Assembly: GCA_051546255.1 (NCBI GenBank)
Contig: CP128821.1
Coordinates: forward strand, 248,001-312,000
Direction: 5' to 3'
Origin: Meyerozyma guilliermondii
Lineage: Eukaryota
DNA length: 64,000 nucleotides
The notes under the pieces: model-generated
Database searches by the model: none
The model's input: only the letters and a program-made list of their open reading frames with translations
What the model was told of the DNA's origin: nothing
Shown: positions 60,040 through 64,000 of the stretch, piece after piece
How positions within the stretch are numbered: position 1 is the stretch's first letter
How the letters are laid out: each line of letters begins with the position of its first letter
Position numbers and translations under genes: made by a program

Positions 60040-61077
60040 TCATTTGAATGAACCCTCCACATACACCTTTTCTTTCTGTATGGCTGCAAATTTCACGGTA
60101 CCAGCCTCTTTCATACACCTCAATTCTAGTCGAATAGGAAGCACCATTGGACGTCGAAATGAAACTTCCAAGCACGAACTGTATGCTACGTTGTCATCTA
60201 GGAGCTCGTAAAGTATAGCTGCCGCCACATGGTTTCCGTGGGCAATTCTTCCAGGAAAACCAAACAATCTTGCTGAGAATGCAGATATATGAATAGGATT
60301 GTAATCTTTGCAGAGGGGCCACCATGAGGATGGTGCACTGAAAGGGACTTCAAGAATTCCCAACAGTGAAAACTTTGTTGATTCATTTTTATCAGTCAGT
60401 GTGGGTTGTTCAGATAGTGGTGGTGGTGACTTGGATAGGGTCTGCATCACGGTGATAATCTGTCTGAAAATCATCTTCTCAGAAGTGGTATCATACACTT
60501 CAACAATTATATCAAATTCTATTCCTCTTTTCGTTCTACGACCCTTTTGGTTGGGTCCACCAAACGTTGCAATTGCTCTTGTCTTGGAGAGATTGTTCTT
60601 TACTGGGCCAATGAAATCAAATCTGTTTCTGGTATTCACAGAGCCCAAAGGTAGTATCGGAGAGGAGAAGTGAGCCAAGGTAAGAATCATGAGAGGCGTT
60701 GTAGCTGCCGCTAGAATGAGTGAAGGTACTAATTTTGTACTTGAAACATCTTTTTGAGAACAAATGGTTGCAACTGCTTGCTCATACTGGCGAGCATCTT
60801 CTGATGATAGTTCGAGGGGTGCCGTTATCGTTATTCTGGGAAGCTTAAAATCATCTCCATTCCTCTCTAGCTTCGTTCTCCAGAATGAAACAGACATAAT
60901 TGACTTAATGATTATAGCCATGAATATAGTGACCACATCTGTACCGGATAGTTTCGTTGGAGTGAAATTCAAGTCGCAAGTTGGTTTCGTTAAAGCTTTA
61001 TAAAGATGGCTAAAATGGCTTCTGTGGAACACTCTCCAAGTTATTATGGTAGCAGCAGTGAAAAGAAGTATCCACAT
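60040..61077 (-). CDS. MaoC-like / hydratase-2 double hot-dog dehydratase
   Basis: DYNPIH...ARLFGFPGRIAHG hydratase-2 motif, FRRPMVLP; short N-terminal hydrophobic segment. Confidence 0.78.
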   Translation of the reverse strand: MWILLFTAATIITWRVFHRSHFSHLYKALTKPTCDLNFTPTKLSGTDVVTIFMAIIIKSIMSVSFWRTKLERNGDDFKLPRITITAPLELSSEDARQYEQAVATICSQKDVSSTKLVPSLILAAATTPLMILTLAHFSSPILPLGSVNTRNRFDFIGPVKNNLSKTRAIATFGGPNQKGRRTKRGIEFDIIVEVYDTTSEKMIFRQIITVMQTLSKSPPPLSEQPTLTDKNESTKFSLLGILEVPFSAPSSWWPLCKDYNPIHISAFSARLFGFPGRIAHGNHVAAAILYELLDDNVAYSSCLEVSFRRPMVLPIRLELRCMKEAGTVKFAAIQKEKVYVEGSFK

Positions 61078-61404
61078 TATCAGCCAACCTATAATCTTAC
61101 GCAGTACAAATGTTAGTGATAACTAACACATGTTTATGATATTACTGCAAGCCGCATACAGGAAATGCAGCAATTAATGGCTGCGAAAATCAGTCAGAAG
61201 AAGAGAAAAAGGGAGAGTAAGAAGACTAAGAGGGTAGATTTATATACTTAGGGCCTAGTCAGCAGACTATTAGAACCAAGTTGAGTTGATTTACTTTCAT
61301 AATTTTCCGGTTTGCATAATTTCAAATACATACAAAAACTCCAATTGTTAAACATCTATTCTCTATTTATTATTCGTACCATTAGTCTCGTCATAACACA
61401 CCAC

Positions 61405-63045
61405 TTAACTTGAGGCCGATGCGTGTTCGGTCTCTTCGATCGCCACCTTATCATTAGTCTGGCTGCGAGCAATTGAGTGCATTCCAGCCTTATCTCTGGC
61501 ATATTGGAAAGCAATAAATTCATTTTCAGCCAGCGACGCTAACCAACTATTGGATGCAAACAAGAAATCTATATCCTCCAATGTTCTGTTGGCTGTTTCT
61601 GGGCAGAACAAGTAAACAAGAACAATTGAAATAAAGTTGCATGCACCAAAGATGTATAGAGTTTTCTCTTGGATATTGCTGAACATTACCGGACAAAGAA
61701 GTGTTAACCATCCATTACCAATTGACCATCCCACAACCCCAAAAGCATTACCCTGTGCTCTTACTTTCAATGGAAAAATTTCCGTTGGGTACAACCAAGG
61801 CACTGCCAACCAAGTGGCTCCGAAAACCGAAGTGAAGATAAACACGAATGCTGCAGCTGCAGCACCATAAGACTTATTCTCTGGATTTTGTTGCTGAAGC
61901 TTCGAGAATCCACCTGCCAAAAACATGGCAATACCTTGTCCAATCGCTCCCCAGTAAAGGGTAAAACGACGTCCCCATCTATCAACAGTGAAGTAATTGA
62001 TCAAAGTTGCAAACATGTAAAAGATATTATTCAATCCAGATAACCAAGCCGACTTTCTTGTCGTGTAACCTGCCTGCTTGAAAATCTCCGGTTGGTATAC
62101 GGTTACACCAGCAATTCCAACCCATTCTTGCATAATTTGCAACCAAATAACGATTTGAATTCTTCGGGCAATGTGAAGGCTCTTGGCTTTCTTTCTTTGC
62201 TCGAGGTCATTGGTCTTAACATAGTCAAAGAACATTCTGAAATAGTTACCAGTTAAAGCTGAGTCTTCTTCGAATTCCATTGCTTCACAAATTTGGTCGA
62301 ATTCTTCCTCACCTCGAGCCTCACCTCTCATACTAATAAGCAATTTCTTGGCCCTGCCCCGCTCGTTATTCTTAATGAGCCATCTTGGAGACTCTGGGAA
62401 AAACCAGGTAATTGCCAAAAGTACTAATAACGGAATGATCTGAAACGCAATTGGGAATCTCCATCTAAATGCAGTAAACCCATTATCGATATAACTCAAA
62501 CCATATTCCAACCAGTAAGCAACTACCACTCCAAAAATGTTCAACGTGAATTCAATGGCAATAAAAGCACCTCGAGAAGTATGTTCAGCCGTTTCTGACG
62601 AATAAACCGGAACAACAGCATTCAAGATACCGGTTCCAATACCATTCACAAATCTAGCACCACACATCCAAGACACCTGAGTAGCAGAACACTGAAGTGC
62701 TGCTCCGAAGATAGCTACGGCAGCACCCAATCCAATAGCTCTAATTCTTCCGTACCTGTCAGAACTGAATCCACCAAAAAGACATCCAACGAGAGTACCA
62801 AAGTAGTATATTGCAACAATACCACCTTGCTTGGTTGAGTTGGTCACTGTGACATCACCTGCCGAGTCATAGTATCCAAATTTCATTTTGTCAACGTAAT
62901 CGGGCGACGTGTTGACTCCAGCCATCATACCTTGATCATAACCAAAAAAGAAGATTGATAACGCTGAAAGACCCACAACTAGTTGTGTGAGTTTCTTACC
63001 TTGAAAATGGTTCTCTAGTAACCATGAATCTGGGACAGTGAACAT
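61405..63045 (-). CDS. MFS sugar porter, STL1-like subfamily
   Basis: [70 protein letters not shown] at 63045. Confidence 0.9.
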   Translation of the reverse strand: MFTVPDSWLLENHFQGKKLTQLVVGLSALSIFFFGYDQGMMAGVNTSPDYVDKMKFGYYDSAGDVTVTNSTKQGGIVAIYYFGTLVGCLFGGFSSDRYGRIRAIGLGAAVAIFGAALQCSATQVSWMCGARFVNGIGTGILNAVVPVYSSETAEHTSRGAFIAIEFTLNIFGVVVAYWLEYGLSYIDNGFTAFRWRFPIAFQIIPLLVLLAITWFFPESPRWLIKNNERGRAKKLLISMRGEARGEEEFDQICEAMEFEEDSALTGNYFRMFFDYVKTNDLEQRKKAKSLHIARRIQIVIWLQIMQEWVGIAGVTVYQPEIFKQAGYTTRKSAWLSGLNNIFYMFATLINYFTVDRWGRRFTLYWGAIGQGIAMFLAGGFSKLQQQNPENKSYGAAAAAFVFIFTSVFGATWLAVPWLYPTEIFPLKVRAQGNAFGVVGWSIGNGWLTLLCPVMFSNIQEKTLYIFGACNFISIVLVYLFCPETANRTLEDIDFLFASNSWLASLAENEFIAFQYARDKAGMHSIARSQTNDKVAIEETEHASASS

Positions 63046-63614
63046 GGTTAGCAAATTTGAGAAGTTGAGGTTTCCCAGCTTTTTATTTCATTTTCTTGGC
63101 TCAGATTACGATGCCCCGTTTTTTCCCCGGAAAGTATAAGCAGCCGCACCTTCCCCACCAAAAGGGTGGGGGATCTATGTCAAACGGTCGCGCCATTCCA
63201 AATTCAGCAGTGTTGCCGGGCGCAACCGGATACGTCGCTGCATTAATGTGGAAACCCGAATTATTGTCCGGTACGCCGGATGTATTTCTCAACGAGGAAG
63301 TCTTGTCTTCGTAGTTAGGAACCTGGCGATAATAAAAGCAGCCTAAATACGAATATGAATGAGTTGGTATATTAACTCATAGTCAAATTCAAAACTGAGC
63401 AAGTGATATGTCAGTTCGTTGCACTTGATGCGGGAAGTGCAAAAGTTAAATTTGTTAAAATTTGTAAATTTGCAGTAATTTCCATTTTGACAATTATCTT
63501 CGTACGGAACTATCCGAAACAATGTCTTTATTTTCCAAATATCAACACTTCTACACCCTACTATCTCATTGGTTTGTGCTTGCTCTTCCAGATTCGCACG
63601 ATTAGTTATCGCAT

Positions 63615-63657
63615 TTACTAAGCGATGATTCTCGAATTGCGACCACCTCTATATAAA
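63615..63657 (+). promoter_or_regulatory. Yap1/Cap1 response element and TATA box of SRX1
   Basis: TTACTAA 63615-63621; TATATAAA 63650-63657. Confidence 0.65.
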
Positions 63658-63686
63658 GTCTTGCGTCTCATTTTCGCAACCAAATA

Positions 63687-64000
63687 ATGTCACTTCAATC
63701 TAGTAGTCTAAAGGAAGAGTATGTTCCTCTCAAAGAGATCAAAAGACCCATTCCTCCAGTCCTTGATCACCAAAAGATAGAAGCCATGGTTTCTACATTG
63801 AAAGGGACTCCTATGGCATCAGCAACTTGCGGCATTGAGGAAATCACCGCCGGAGAATTACCACCAATTGATGTGTTCAAGATAAGAGAAGAGGGAAAAA
63901 ACCACTATTTTGCATTCGGAGGATGCCATAGATTCCAAGCATACGATAAAATGGCTGCTGAAGGCAATGGAGACGTCCAGGTAAAATGCCGAATCTTGCC
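63687..64000 (+). CDS. SRX1: Sulfiredoxin (3' end runs off the window)
   Basis: Not in the ORF track. Manual translation MSLQSSSLKEEYVPLKEIKRPIPPVLD...ELPPIDV...YFAFGGCHRFQAY includes the catalytic FGGCHR motif. Confidence 0.95.
   Translation, partial: MSLQSSSLKEEYVPLKEIKRPIPPVLDHQKIEAMVSTLKGTPMASATCGIEEITAGELPPIDVFKIREEGKNHYFAFGGCHRFQAYDKMAAEGNGDVQVKCRIL

Noticed and set aside
61089..61159. Possible 5' UTR intron of the MaoC gene (GTATGC...CACTAAC...AG) and a TGTTAGT/ACTAACA hairpin
   Set aside because: Donor and branch point are both non-consensus, and the branch-to-AG spacing differs from the two clear introns; unsupported without RNA-seq.
1..64000. Transposons, LTRs, CRISPR arrays, telomeric or centromeric repeats
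   Set aside because: No gag/pol or transposase ORFs, long direct repeats or repeat-spacer arrays were seen; all intergenic gaps are under 1.4 kb.

Overview
Gene-dense genomic DNA from a budding yeast of the CUG-Ser (CTG) clade. CTG codons sit at positions where homologues have Ser or another small residue, so translation table 12 applies and the supplied translations mis-read those codons as Leu. The compact layout suggests a Meyerozyma/Debaryomycetaceae-type genome, but I cannot confirm the species. The window holds about 36 protein-coding genes and one tRNA-Gln(CTG). In order, the genes are: SIT1/ARN (partial), CPA2, GPI19, KAP104, BUD14, FTH1, NPC2, VSB1, an unknown S/P-rich ORF, CDC7, MRPS35, ERP3, RPC40, a DUF1746-like protein, UTP22, ERG7, DAL1, ETR1, a PMP22-family protein, a sugar/polyol porter, GLO3, TIM44, BNA4, a TBC-like protein, ULP2, a thioesterase, WH11, CDC21, SGO1, DAD2, NUP133, RPF2, a ferric reductase, a MaoC-type hydratase, an STL1-like porter and SRX1 (partial). 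Features missed by the ORF track are the two edge genes, two spliceosomal introns (MRPS35, RPF2), the tRNA, and a box C/D snoRNA nested in the MRPS35 intron with an antisense element to LSU rRNA. Other notable observations are a ~190-aa His/acidic insertion in allantoinase, a Ppr1-type palindrome upstream of DAL1, an apparently catalytically dead TBC protein, very short head-to-head promoters (UTP22/ERG7, SGO1/DAD2), and a possible accessory block next to the tRNA. I saw no mobile elements or CRISPR arrays, and no clearly new multi-gene system; most of the window is core housekeeping sequence.
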